NCBI RefSeq assembly: GCF_006345805.1
Contig: NC_043003.1
Location: forward strand, 52,514,001 to 52,578,000
Direction of reading: 5' to 3'
From: Octopus sinensis
Lineage: Eukaryota
DNA length: 64,000 nucleotides
Shown piece by piece: positions 1 to 13,165 of this stretch. The notes below the pieces were generated by a model. That model saw only the letters and a list, made by a program, of their open reading frames with translations. It made no database searches and was not told the origin of the DNA. Position numbers and translations under genes: made by a program. The stretch's first letter is position 1, and the number at the start of each line of letters is the position of its first letter.

Positions 1-1017
1 CGATAGAATAAGTACTAGGCTTACAAAGAATAAGTCCTGGGGTCGATTTGCTCGAATAAAGGCAGTGCTCCAGCATGGCCGCAGTCAAAATGACTGAAAC
101 AAGTAAGAGAGGGAGAAAGAAAGAGAGAGAGTAAGAGTATAGAAAGCTTCTTTCAGAGGGAAACTTATTAAATACAGTGATGCTTAATTTTACTGAACAG
201 ATTGGCTTTAATAGATTAATCCCTTTGACACTCAACCTGCTTGAGATTCCCTGATTTTATGATACAAAACTCCTTGTTTAATGTTCATATTTCAAAAAAA
301 ACTTTCCACTGTTCTTTTATGTAAGATCTGTTTCCCAAACATCAAATTAACAATGACAAAGTTATTTTACTACATCACTCAAATTTCTTGATTATTTTCA
401 AAATTAACTGAGATAGGTATAGGCATCAATGTGTGGTTAATAAGTTTCCTTCACAACCATGTGGTCGTGGGTTCAGACCCACTACATGGCACCTTGGGCA
501 AGTGATTCTACCACACCCCCAGATATGTGTATGTGTGTGTGAGCATACACATGTATTTGCATGTACCCTTGTCTTGACATCATGTGATGGCTGTAAATGA
601 GCAGGACTACCATACAAGCAATGTGGTTCATTTTCAGTCACACATGGAAAATATGTCACACCATGAGTAAAATATTATCTTAGTGGGTGACAGAAAGGGC
701 TGTAGAAAATCTGCCTCAACAAATTCTGCCTGACTTATTCAAATATAGTAAAGAGTATTTTAAATGATAATAATGATGATGACAACAACATCAACACAGA
801 ATTATTTGAAATACATAAGCGGGAATACAATTTAAGTTATTAGCACAATAATATCATTATGTTTCTAAATTACAGTGAACAATTTTGTATTGTACAAACC
901 AACAAGGGAGCAACAAAAGGTTTGCTTGATCTGCTAGAAATAGCAACCAAATTCCTCTCAAAACACAACTTACCTTGTTAAAAGATAAAAAAATGTACTT
1001 GGATATGTCCTGGATAC

Positions 1018-1890
1018 ATCATCAATCATTGTTTAATGTCCGTTTTCCATGCTGGCATGGGTTGGACGGTTTGACCAAGGTCTGGTAAAGCCAGCCGCTG
1101 CACCAGGCTCCAATCTGATCTGGCAATGTTTCTACAGTTGTATGCCCTTCCTAATGCCAACCACTCTGAGAGTGTAGTGGGTGCTTTTAACATGCCACCG
1201 CGGCACAGGGGCCAGTCAGGCAGCCCTGGCATCGATCATGTTCAGATGGTGCTTTTTATGTGCAACTGGCATCAATCACATTTGAATGGTGCTTTTTATG
1301 TGCCACCAATATGGGAGCCAGTCAAATGGCACTGACATCAACCATGTTTAGATGGTGTATTTTACATTCCACCAGCATGGGAGCCAGTTGGGGGCACTGG
1401 CATCGAAGTTGTTTAGATGGTGCATTTTAATTGCCACTGGTACAGAAGCCAGTCAGATGGCACTGACCACAGCTACGATTTTGGTTTTACTTGACTCAAC
1501 AAGTCTTCTCAAGCATATCATATCACATGGTACATTAAAGGTACTTTTGAAATGGGCCGGACATGCATCACTAGTATTGGCCATGGCTGCGATCTCTTTA
1601 GTTGCCGGGTCTTCTCAATCACAGCATATCTCCAAAGGTTTCGGTTTCCTGTCATTGCCTCCATGAGGCCCAACATTCAAAGGTCATGCTTCACTACCTC
1701 ATCCCATATCTTCCTGGGTCTACCTCTTGCACACCACATTTGATCCTTCTTATGTCCAACTTTTCTCTCAGATCGCTCACACTTTGTTCAGTATACACAC
1801 TGACATTACACATTCAGTGGATCATACTAGCTTTACTTCTTTCAAGCCTATACATGTCCTCAGCAGTCATGGCCCATATTTCACTGCCGT
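1018..1890 (-). mobile_element. RTE 3' fragment: ORF end, repeat-containing 3' UTR and (GAT)n tail
   Basis: Minus strand reads MLHGSEIWAMTAEDM...RPRKIWDEVVKHDL, then GC-rich ~60-bp subrepeats and the terminal ...GGAAAACGGACATTAAACAATGAT shared by many short copies. Confidence 0.85.
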
Positions 1891-1902
1891 GTAGCATATA
1901 TA

Positions 1903-2123
1903 CTCTTTTTTACTCTTTTACTTGTTTCAGTCATTTGACTGTGGCCATGCTGGAGCACCGCCTTTAATTGAGCAACTCGACCCCGGGACTTATTCTTTTG
2001 TAAGCCCAGTACTTATTCTATTGGTCTCTTTTGCCGAACCGCTAAGTAACGGGGACATAAACACACCAGCATCGGTTGTCAAGCAATGCTAGGGGGACAA
2101 ACACAGACACATAAACACACACA

Positions 2124-2161
<38 letters not shown>

Positions 2162-2326
2162 TACGACGGGCTTCTTTTAGTTTCTGTCTACCAAATCCAC
2201 TCACAAGGCTTTGGTCGGCCCGAGGCTATAGTAGAAGACACTTGCCCAAGGTGCCATGCAGTGGGACTGAACCCGGAACCATGTGGTTGGTTAGCAAGCT
2301 ACTTACCACACACCCACTCCTGCGCC
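1903..2326 (-). mobile_element. tRNA-derived SINE, family 1 (internal TA/CA microsatellite)
   Basis: Head GGCGCAGGAGTGG..GTGTGGTAAG (A box) and GGTTCAGTCCC (B box); tail ACTGAAACAAGTAAAAGAG. Other copies at 1-110, 11876-12240, 22817-23215, 48423-48812 and 53134-53529. Confidence 0.88.
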
Positions 2327-2342
2327 TATATATGTATATGTT

Positions 2343-2975
2343 ATCATCAGCATCAACATCACTCAACATCTGTTTTCCATACTGGCATGGGTTTGATGGT
2401 TTGGCTAGAGCTGGCAGGCTGGAGAGCTGCACCAGATTCCGGTTGTGCATTTTGGCATGGTTTCTATGGTTGATGCCTTTCTTAACACCAACCACTTTAC
2501 AAAATGTACTGAGTGCTTTTTATGTGGCATCAGCACAAGTGCTTTTTAGGTTTTTATGTGACAGGCACATTTTACATGGCAACAGTACCAACAAGGACAA
2601 CAAACAACTTGCAAGACAAAAACCCATTTAGTTGGGAGGGTAACATTAACCAAGGTGGTCCAAGATATCAATTCTTCTGTGGTGAACGGGTCTTCTTGAG
2701 TTTAGCAAGGTGATAGATGTCTTGATCGTTGTCATCTTCTTTGTAAGGCTCAGTGTTTTGAGATCAGCCTTCACAACTTCATCCCATGTCTTCCTGGGTC
2801 ACCCTCTATCATGAGTTCCATCCACTTTAAGTGATTGGTACTTCTTTCTGTAGCTTTCTACATCCATTTGTTTTACATGACCAAACCAGTGCAGTCTTCT
2901 CTCTTGCACACCGCATGTAATTCCTCTTATGTATGACCATTCTCTCAATACACTAGTGCTATGTTGCACACATGC
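2343..2975 (-). mobile_element. Decayed RTE 3' fragment
   Basis: Minus strand CGVQERRLHWFGHV...PRKTWDEVVK plus the shared 3' UTR end. Confidence 0.8.
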
Positions 2976-2999
2976 ATGTGTGTGTGTGTGTTAGTGTAA

Positions 3000-4260
3000 A
3001 CTTGCTGGGTCTTCTAGAGCTTATAGTCTTTGCAGTTGCTCTTTGACTAGTGAGATTGAAGCCATTAATGTTCCTTGCATGAAAGCTAAAATCAAGGAGG
3101 AAATTCCAGAGGATTGCCAATCTGTGAAGCAAGGAACAATCATAGTGGTTACTACAGGGCCTGGAGATTTGGACACATCAAAACTGATGAGAGAAAATGA
3201 GACAAGTAGAAGAAAGATGCCTGAATTGTGGTGGAATGAGCCCAAATGGATTCAAAGAGCAGAGGCCTTTCTAGCAAACTAGAAAATGCAGAGAGAAAAG
3301 AACAGTACATCTGTAGGTCAGAGGCTAGGTGAGCGTCTGTAAGCGACTTTATGCCAATCAATATAGGTTGCCATTTTTGGACACAGTCTAGGATGGCTAT
3401 GTGTGCAGCAAAATCGTCCTTAATGTGTGGACATCATCTGAGCCTTGTAAATATCACTAACTGTACAGGGGTGAACTATCTTCTGGCTCTGTTGTTGGGA
3501 AGTGGTCCCAGCAATTTTAAAGATGCGCTCTCAGGAGGAAAGATCCTTGGTGATAGTAGAACCTGTAAATTGGAGAAATTGTAAGGGCTTGAATTTAGTG
3601 ATGTTGAAGATAAAGAATGTGTGAGTGCAAATATTTCTCTTGCTATGAGTAACGTTTATGCTAAAGTGCTGTTGAAAGAGACAAAAAATGGTATATCTCC
3701 ATTTGAAGATGTTTTGTCTCTGTTTATGGAGTCAGTGTGAGTTTGGCACATGGAGTCTTATTTGCAAGTGGATGATGTATATTTGGGGAATATTAGAGAG
3801 AAATGAAGGATTTTGCCAGGTACTTGTGAGTGGTTGTTGTTTGATGTGGCAGTCAGTAATCATGATATATAGAAGGAAGAGAGTGATGGGAGAATATCAA
3901 AGCCTAGGGAAGACTGAGATGATAGAATGAGAGACAGAAGGAGCACCATCAATACATGCAGCTGTTAATCCAAAAGATGAAATCATTGGAGATCACAGGC
4001 AGGAGATTTTGACTGGAGATTCATTGATCAGACTTGGCTGAAAGCTTTGATGTCAAAGGTGAAACAATTACTTTCACTAAATTCCTCTGAGACCAGGGAC
4101 AACTGGCAAGTGATGGAGGAGAGTAGGTAATCAATGGCTTTATTAAACTGTAATGGTAGACATAAGACAGATGGAGAGAGATTGTTGTGAAAGGATGTCT
4201 CCGTTATTTAGGCATATTAGAAGGGAATACAATAGGGTTAGTCGGCAGGACCAAAACGGT
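3000..4260 (-). mobile_element. Ancient LINE ORF2 fragment (CR1/L2/Jockey-like), uncertain
   Basis: Minus-strand DVSKSPGP resembles the K(A/S)PGPD pre-RT motif; many stops and frameshifts. Confidence 0.4.
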
Positions 4261-6400
4261 TGCATTTCTTGAGAATGGTAATACATAAAATATAAACAAA
4301 AATTCATCACTAAAGATGAGATCTAATAGTCTGAAAACCTAAAATCATGTTTTTGTTGTATCACACAAAGGTCATTTTTCCAATAATAAATACACACACT
4401 GGTTCTATTTATAGGTCAATTCATAACATTTGTTCAATTAACTAATTGAATGTCTGTTTAATCATTCAGTCAATCAATCAATCAATCAGCTGAGTTTGCC
4501 AAAATCCTTTTGTTGCCATTCATGATGTTACCAATGACATACTCTCTCTACAGCCGCTTGAAGACCAGTGCTGGCAGGATTACGTCCCTGTAACATAGCA
4601 GTTCAACAAAAGAGACAGAAAGAATAAGTACCAGGCTTTAAAGAAATGTGCTAAGGTTGATTCATTCGACTGAAAGTTCTTCAAGGCAGTGCCCCAGCAT
4701 GGCCTCAGTTTAATAACCGAAACAAGTAAAAAAATAAAAGATTTTGGATGCAAAGGCCTCTACTTCTGCATCATAATGTTTCAAACGAACAACACTCTTA
4801 TTATCTTGCTGTTTTTTAATTTTAGTTTAACGTTTTACCAAATAATGAAAACAGGAGAACCTATCAGTTTACTTTATAATAACAAAAATCCACATTAGAC
4901 TAAACTATGCTGTTTGCTGTTGTGTAGTCAGGACATAAACATGTGTGAAGGAGTAAATCTTCTCTACTTCAATGTTTGGGTGTATGGAAGAAACAAACAA
5001 CATGCAATACCCACTCTCTCTCTTTCTTTTTATCTCTGCCTGTCTTCCTATGAAGAGTAAGCATCTTTCTTCTTACTTTTTCTTTTCATAGTCTTTCACT
5101 ATGATTAACTCTTTAGTATTCAAATTACTGTTAAAAGTATTGCGTATTTATTTACATTGTTTTGAATTAATCATGCATTATCAGAGATTTGAAATTTTGA
5201 TATGATTGTTTATTTTCAAGGAAACATAATCATCATCATCATTTTTCTTTTCATAGTCTTTCACTATGATTAACTCTTTAGTATTCAAATTACATTGTCT
5301 GAAAACATGGGATAGTCTGGAGTACTTTGATCATAGAACTGAAGTGTGGCTAAATAATGCAACACGTGTGTTATAATTTGTTTTTGTTAGAAATCATCAT
5401 CATTGAAATGTATATATATACATACATACACACACATATATATATATGATCATTATCGTTTAACATCTGTTTTTCATGCTAGCATAAGTTGGATAGTTTG
5501 ACTGAGGATTGGCAAGCCGGTAGGCTGCACCAGGCTCCAATCTGATCAGGCAAGGTTTCTACAGCTGGATGCTCTTCCTACCACCAACCACTCCAAGAAT
5601 GTAGTAGGTGCTTTTTACGTGCCACCTGCATGGGAGCCAGTCAAGTGGCACTGGTATCAACCACAGCCATAGTGAAAAACTAAGAAGTGAGAGAAAAAAT
5701 AACTAAGGCTTACAGGATGAAAATATTTTTGGGCTTCTTTCAATTTCCATCTACCAAGGCTTTAATCAGCCCAGGGTTACAGAAGAAGATACTTGTCCAA
5801 GGTGCTACACAGTGGGCCTAAACTTGAAAGCATATGATTGGGAAGCAACTGCTTAACCACACAGCCATACCTGCACTTATATGGTCACAAAGGTTTAAAT
5901 GCTAACAATCTTTCTCTCTAAGTTTCCAACTCTCCTCTCTTTTCCAACTGGAGTGTTCTTGCATTTCATCTACAGCAAGACAGCTATCTCTGTTTCTCTA
6001 TTGTTCTTTTAACATTTCATCAACAAGCACAAAATTACTTCCCTCAATACTACTCTCCCCAGTCGAGGTGACTTTGCATTGTCTTGCAAGTTACTGAGTG
6101 ACCCCACTGGTGTTGGTGCCATGAAAAAAAGCACACAGTAAAGTGGTTGGTATTAGGAAGGGCATCCAGCTATAAGAAATCATGCCAAAACAAGCAATAG
6201 AGCCTGGCACAACCCTCTGGCTTGTCAGTTCTTGTCAAACTGTCTAACCCATGTCAGCAAAGAGAATGGATGTTAAGTGATGATGATGATGATGAAGAAG
6301 AAGAAACACAAGTAATGAACAGTGCAAATGAGTGTTCAACACTGCATAAGTGGTTAAATATTCTTTATTATCAAGACTTTGTTAATTTATAAATTATATA

Positions 6401-7770
6401 TCTTTATATATAAATGGCAATTTCTGTCTGTCTGTTACGATCTTCCTGCCCAAACCAACAAACAAATCTTCACCTACATCATTCACAGACCTGCAAAGGT
6501 ATAATGGAGAGGTCTGTACGACCTACAGAGAAGCCTGTGCCAAACATGGACAACTGGAGAATGATGCCCACTTGTATCAGACACTGGAGGATCAGCAGTC
6601 AGAAGAGCACCAAATCAACTGTGCCAGTTATTTTCCATCATGCTGATGACATGTGGCTAGGGTGAGCCTCTCAAGGTTTGGGAGACCTACAAAGAAAGCT
6701 TGGCTGAGGACATCCTGCACAAGATTCAGAAACAGAGCTCAACTGAAAATATCAACATCATCATCATTGTGTAATGTCCGCTTTCCATGCTAGCATGGGT
6801 TAGACAATTTGACTGAGGTCTGGCGAACCAGATGGCTGCACCAGACTCCAATGTTGATCTGGCAGAGTTTCTACGGCTGGATGCCCTTCCTAACGCCAAC
6901 CACTCCGAGAGTGTAATGGGTGCTTTTATGTGCCACCAGCACGAGGGCCAGTCAGGCGGTACTGGTAGTGGCCACGCTCAAATGGTGCTTTTTATGTGCC
7001 ATCTGCACATGGGCAAGTCCAGCAGCAGTGGCAACAACCTCGCTCGAATGTTTTTTAGGCTGATATTTACAGGATGGGGTTAGCGAAATATATCGTCCCA
7101 AGCACTAGACTAGTATTTTATTTTATCAACCCTAGAAGGACTGAGGTCAAAGTTGACCTGAGTAGGATTTGAGTTGAGAATGTAAAGAACCAGAATTAAA
7201 TTCCACAAGGCAAATTTGTCCAATCTCTAAGGATTCTATCAATAATGCAATTTACAATGAGACACTATTTGACCTGGATACCTGAGTCCAAACTATGGGA
7301 GGGCAAGGAATCATCACTTCTGGCCTGCCTCAACCAGAACAGGCAACCAACATTCTAGCAATTGAGTACATGCGGGAGAGCAACTATGATACTGAAAAAA
7401 ATGACAGTGTATGTTACTGATAATGAGCACCGACTGATAGAGGAGCAAAGGGATGCTTATAACTCAACTATTTCAAGCACTGAAGGCAAAAGGGGAGATC
7501 TATTTTTTCCTGGATGACCCAGGTAGAACTGGCAAGATATTTGTCAACAACCATCTATTGGCTAAAATTTGACAAATGAAAGATTGCCCTTGAGGTGGCC
7601 TCAAGTGGAATAGCTACTACCCTGCTAAATGGTGGCTGCACAGCCCATTCGTCTTTCAAACTCCCTTTGGACCTGCCCAAGAAAGAGAAGGCAACCTGCA
7701 ACACCAGTCATGGCACAATAAAAGGTAAACTCTTGAGTGAGTGCAAGTTGATCACCTGGGATGAGGCACG
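6401..7770 (+). mobile_element. Helitron relic (5' TC end plus degenerate RepHel/PIF1 helicase coding sequence), interrupted at ~6757-7245
   Basis: 5' end A|TCTTTATATATAAA...TGTCTGTCTG. Broken frames read PTSFTDLQRYNGEVCTTYREACAKHGQLEND, FFLDDPGRTGK (Walker A), VASSGIATTLLNGGCTAHSSFKLP and CKLITWDEA (Walker B). Confidence 0.88.
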
Positions 7771-9603
7771 GCATAGGACTCATCTAGTTGTAGAAACCAA
7801 GCCAAAACAGATCGGAGCCTGGTGCAGGTCTCCAACTTATCAATTCCAGTCAAACTGTCTAACCTATGCCAGCATGGAAAATGGATGTTAAATGATGATG
7901 TATACATAAGTGTGTGTGTGTGTGCATGCGTGTGTGTGTGCATGCGTGTGTGTGTGTTGCTCACTTCTTGACAAATAGTGTTGGTTTATTTGCGGCTCCA
8001 GAAGTGAGCAATTCAGCAACAGAAACTGATAGAATAAACAACAAACTTAAAAAATAATTAATTGGTTTGATTTGGTTGACTAAAACCCTTAAAAATGGTA
8101 CTTTAGTATTGGGCACAGTCCAATGACTAAAATAAGTCAAAGACAAATATCCACACATCAGTTAGCTTCCCTTTATTTTTTATGCTACAATATCTGATAA
8201 TATAACAGCATATATATAAACAAACAATATATATTTTTCATTCAGTTTGCATCAAAAGGGTGACAATAAAGTGAATGAGATGAGCTTAATTTTTCACAAC
8301 ACATAAATTATCCTATCTACATTTATGTAGATAGGATAATGGTATTTACAATGATATTGTGTTCAGTAACAAATACTAACTATATTAAAAATGCATTGAA
8401 GTGTGTATATAAAACATTTTGCCAATGCGTTTTATTTCTGCATGCATTTTTAAATTTGAAAAAAAAAAAAAAATTGCTCATGAATTATTCATCAACCCAA
8501 AAGAAGTTTCAGCTTTGACCTGAAATTTTAGTATATGTTGTTGTTGTATTTGCTAAGTCTCAGGTTGACTTGTGATTAAAAGTATTTCATTCATAACAAT
8601 AAAGCAATTTTGTAAATCTAAGATTACACTGTTCAACGTATCCTTCCTATTTCTAAGATGTAAAAACTATTGATTGAAGGAGATTTTGCTGCTATTACAA
8701 GCAAGTAGAGGGACCTTGTAGAGACCTCCTTGTTATACTACTGGTATAAATTTTACTAAAACAATGGGGATGATAAACTGATTAAAAAAACAAAAAAAAA
8801 ACAAGCAAAAGGAAAAAAGAAACATGAACCAATCCTACTTAGTGTAGGTGGGTACAAACAGAAAATATATTTCCTTATATAGCAAGGAGAGGCTAATTTT
8901 AGAAGGATGTTAGAGAAGAAACAAAGAAGGAACAACGTCAATGAAAGATAAATCCTGTTTCGTTCATTAAAGACGGTGAGAAAAATGGAGTTTATGTGGT
9001 CAAGAAGCTCACTTGGCAACCATGTGGTTTTGGGTTCAATCCTACTGCACATCACATGTGTCTTCTTTTTTATGGCTCCAGGACAACCAATGTCTTGTGA
9101 ATGAATTTGGTAGAAGCAAACTGTATGGAAACCTATCATTTGTGTGTATGTCTTTGTGTATGTTTGTCCCCCACATCTTCATAACTAGCAGTTTGGCAAA
9201 AGAGACTGATAGAATAAGTACCAGACTTTAAAAGAAATATAAATACAGGGGTCAATGTGTTTGACTACAACCTTTCAAAGCAGTACTCCAGCATGGCCAG
9301 AGTCCAATGACTGAAACAAGTAAAAGATAAAAGATATATATATATATTTACTTTATAATGTAAATTATGAAGAATAGTGTTGTTAGTTATACCTTAGTAA
9401 TGAGTAAATCATTAGTTCACAGCATTTCTGAAAATGAAAGTGACAAAGAAGTATCACCAGTCTTCGGTTTCTTACCAATGTTTATATCCTTCAATGATAT
9501 ACATCAGCAAAATATATACACATGCATATACACATATGATGAGCCTCCAAAATTTCTGTCTTTCAAAACTCCACTCATAAGATATTGGTCATATGAGGTT
9601 TAA

Positions 9604-10691
9604 CCCTTTCGTTACTATATTTCTGACCAAAATACACCCTTTATGTGTTTCAATTAATTTCTAACATAATCATAAATTTAGTCTGGTTTCATTAAACAAC
9701 TATAACTTTTTTATTTATCAATATATTAATCTGATTTTTGGAAGATAATTTAATGAAATGTTCTCAACCAATTCTATACTATAATTTTTGTCACAAAGTG
9801 ACTCTAATTGCAGGCAGATACAGGTAAATTCAACAAAATATAAAATTATTAAAATTTTGTTCAAACATCGCTATAGAAAATGGGTTATTAGCTAATATTC
9901 AATTGGGTATACAACAAAATTTTACGATAGAATTTGTTATTCTAGGTAACTTTCTGACACCCATAATAATATTTATGGCAAAATAGTCTTAATTTCATTT
10001 AAGGTTGTGGGAAACCACTAACTATCCTTTCTTTCGCTTTGTTTACATTTAGTGTAACGGTTCGTTTCTGCCGTAATGATTTCAAATAGGCTCATTCGAA
10101 AAAGTAAAAAGAAATAGTCTAAGGCTTTACTCTCCTGGGAAAGTCTGTGGCTTGGTCCAGTTTCTTCAGAAAAATCACCGAAAGAAACAGTTTTTAAATT
10201 TTCACTCCATTCAGGTGCCAATTCATTTTCTTTATCACTGTCGGAGCTCTCGGATTCACTGTTTTCACTTTCGGAAAATGAAACATCAGATTCATTATCA
10301 AATACCACGTGCTTTTTTTTTTCAGTCATAGAGTTAGATTTATCAAGGTCTTCAGTAGAAAATCCTTCGAATTCTGACTCGCTGCTTGATATAATGAAAT
10401 TCGTATCTATTTTTTGTCAGAATTACAAATTTTGAAAACACAATAGGAACAAATTTCGGAAAAAAATCTCCCAAAATTCATGGAATTAAAATTACACTTC
10501 GATCGTTGTACAAAACTGTAGATGAACTGTTTACGAAGTATAATACGTGTTTTCACGAATGTACTAAAGAGATTTGCTCTGATATTCTCATTTAAATATG
10601 AATAGGTAAATTACGGGCGGGTTTGGGCAGTTTGGTCACATTAACCAAAATTTTTTTCGGGCGGCTTTGGGCAGTTTGGATAACGAAAGGA
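9604..10691 (-). mobile_element. Non-autonomous piggyBac element with transposase N-terminal remnant
   Basis: TTAA|CCCTTTCGTTAC...TAACGAAAGGA|TTAA. Acidic N-terminus followed by ALDYFFLLF...IITAETNRY, as in piggyBac/PGBD transposases. Near-identical to 39722-40806. Confidence 0.88.
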
Positions 10692-12480
10692 TTAAGCACA
10701 AATATTTTCCAGTATACAAATTGAATTTATCAGATGAAAACTTTCAGTCAAAAACAGTAAGTTGACTTATATACATTAAGATAACTTTGGAGAACCAAAA
10801 ATTCAATGTAAAATGCAGCAGGATTTGGAAGGATAGTGAAGGTGTTTGAATGTTTACATGATAAGTAAACTTGTAAGCCGGAAAATATTGTAGTACCATG
10901 CAGTAGAGTTGAACATGAAATCATCTAGTTGCAAATTCAACTTGTAACTATAGAATTATGCCCGTATGCATATTTTTCTCAACGGCATTAGTAGTAAAAG
11001 TGAAGTCAAGTAGGTACTGATATTGGATAGAAACTAAGCCATAGTTTGAATGCCTACTGTACAGAACTGGTTAGAAAGATATTTCTGCTTGTACAGAATA
11101 AAGATTTTCCCAGACAGACAAACACAGCTTCCGTAGCAGACCGGGAGAGAAGTCACTGTGAACCAAGAAAAATAAAAAAACCCAGATGATCGACTGTTTA
11201 ACCAAGTTATACAAATGATCGATTGGTTAGTTAGATAAATATTCAAGCAATTGATTAATAGTAAAGGAGTGGAATTGAATCAGTGCAGGTGTTATTAATA
11301 TTGGTGCAATGACTCTCCCAAGAAACAACATTAATTAGTTTAATATATAAATTGATGATGAGGATTCAGTTGTTTGGTCACCTGAACTACCTGCTTCTGA
11401 ATTAATAGGTAAGTGGCTGAGCATTTCGAAAACATATACCCTTCATATAATTCTCAGGTAGAATCAGAAGGTACCTTTAGTACTTTTTGAGGTAGAGGTA
11501 CAATGAACCCAACAAGCCTCTGTTGTTTCTGTCAACCCACTTTCACTCACAAATTATGGCTTGTATTGACGTTATAAAAAAATGACAATTTAATGAAGAT
11601 GCACATATTGAGACTGAACCCAATATCTAGTGGTTGCACAACACGTTTCTTAACCATTTGATTATACTGCAGCTATTCTAAATAGCAAATAATATTAAAA
11701 CTGCTACTTTTGAATTATAGACAGTCTACTTTGTGTATCTAGGGAGAGTCATTATAAATAATGTTATAAAATGTCTCAGTTGTAACATCAGCAACAAGTA
11801 GATATTGTTCTGTTTTGGAACAGTGGATCTTGAAGCATATAAAACAAAAAATGATAGCATGTAAATATCTGGATAGGTGCAGGTGTGGCTGTGTTGGTAA
11901 GAATCTTGCTTTCCATCCACATCATACCAGGTTCAGTTCCATTGTGTGGCACCTTGGGCAAGTGTTTTCCAATATAGCCTTGGGCCAACTGAAACCTTGT
12001 GAGTGGATTTGGTAGGCAGAAACTGAAAGAAGCCTGTCGTATATATATATATATCTATCTTTGTGTCTGTGTCTGTTCCTCATCACTGCTTGACAACTGG
12101 TGTTGGCATAAGGAGCCAATAGAATTAGTACCAGGGTTTAAAAAAAGGAATAAGTCCTGGGGTTGATTTGTTCAACTAAAACCCTTCAAGGCGGTACTCC
12201 AGCATGGCCACAGTCAACTGACTGAAACAAGTAACAGAATACAGGAAGTCAAGCCTCTTAAACCCAATATTTACACACAATCATTTATAACTTTATATGC
12301 TTCAAGATTCACCATTATAAAAAAAATATTTCATGCTTGAGAAATTTCTAAATTTTAATGATATCAGCAAGGTGATATTAGTTATTATACAACAATGATT
12401 CGGTGAATTTAACAGTCCATCTTTAATGACAATATATAGGGATGGAATATTTGTTGTTCTGAAACAAAGTAAAAGCTTAC

Positions 12481-12590
12481 TTGAACACTTTCAGGGTGTA
12501 AAGCTGACAATATTGCATCGTAAATATCTCTGCCACTGTCCAAAATAGCAATGTCCTTATGAGTAAATTGTTTTGGCTTCACGTTATTTC
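12481..12590 (-). CDS. BRCA2: BRCA2 internal coding exon (tower three-helix bundle)
   Basis: CTCTCAG|GA AAT ... CAA|GTAAGC, 110 nt; phase 1 fits the previous exon. Encodes (G)NNVKPKQFTHKDIAILDSGRDIYDAILSALHPESVQ versus human [31 protein letters not shown]. Confidence 0.88.
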
Positions 12591-12697
12591 CTGAGAGATG
12601 AAAGAAAAGAGTTACAGATATTATTGGCATATGGAAACTGATTACAAAGAAAGAACAAAGATGGCTAATCGATAGTAATAAAAGAATATAAATCTAG

Positions 12698-13165
12698 ATC
12701 ATCATCATCGTTTAATGTCTGCTTTTCATGCTGGCATGAGTTGGATGGTTTGACTAAGGTCTGGTAAGCTAGTGGACTGCACCAAGCTCCAATCTGATCT
12801 GGCAATGTTTCTACAGCTGGATGCCCTTCCTAATGCCAACCACTCCCAGAGTGTAGTGGATGCTTGTAACATGCTACTGGCATGAGAGCCAGTCAGGGGT
12901 CACTGGCATCAACCATGTTCAGATGGTCCTTTTTATGTGCCACTGGCATGGGAGCCAGTCAGGGGGCACTGGCATCGACCACATTTGGCTAGTGCTTCTT
13001 ATGTGCCACCAGCATGGGAGCCAGCCAGGGGGCACTGGCATCGACCACATTTGGCTAGTGCTTTTTATGTGCTACTTGTATGTGAGCCAGTTGGGGGTAC
13101 TGATATCCACCATGTTCGGAGGTTGTTTTTTATGTGCCACAGGCATGGGGGCCAGTCAGGGGAGA
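12698..13165 (-). mobile_element. RTE 3' UTR fragment with ~66-bp tandem subrepeats
   Basis: (CAT)n on the plus strand, then the shared UTR end. Unit starts at ~12937, 13003, 13069 and 13134. Similar short copies at ~5449, 6075, 6757, 16170, 19400, 36930, 37730, 54470 and 54955. Confidence 0.8.

Noticed and set aside
2086-2631. 181-aa ORF and similar ORFs (26374, 44433, 48406, 52721, 53310)
   Set aside because: Chance open frames through SINE copies and TA/CA microsatellites.
7595-7891. Host PIF1 helicase gene
   Set aside because: Contains stops and frameshifts, has no splice structure, and is linked to a Helitron 5' end and RepHel linker motifs.
9393-9427. AG/GT-bounded 35-nt candidate BRCA2 exon
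   Set aside because: The translation has no resemblance to the expected next BRCA2 segment.
12870-13160. Repetitive ORFs 12860-13225 and 12937-13179 as proteins
   Set aside because: They are translations of the 66-bp subrepeat of the LINE 3' UTR.
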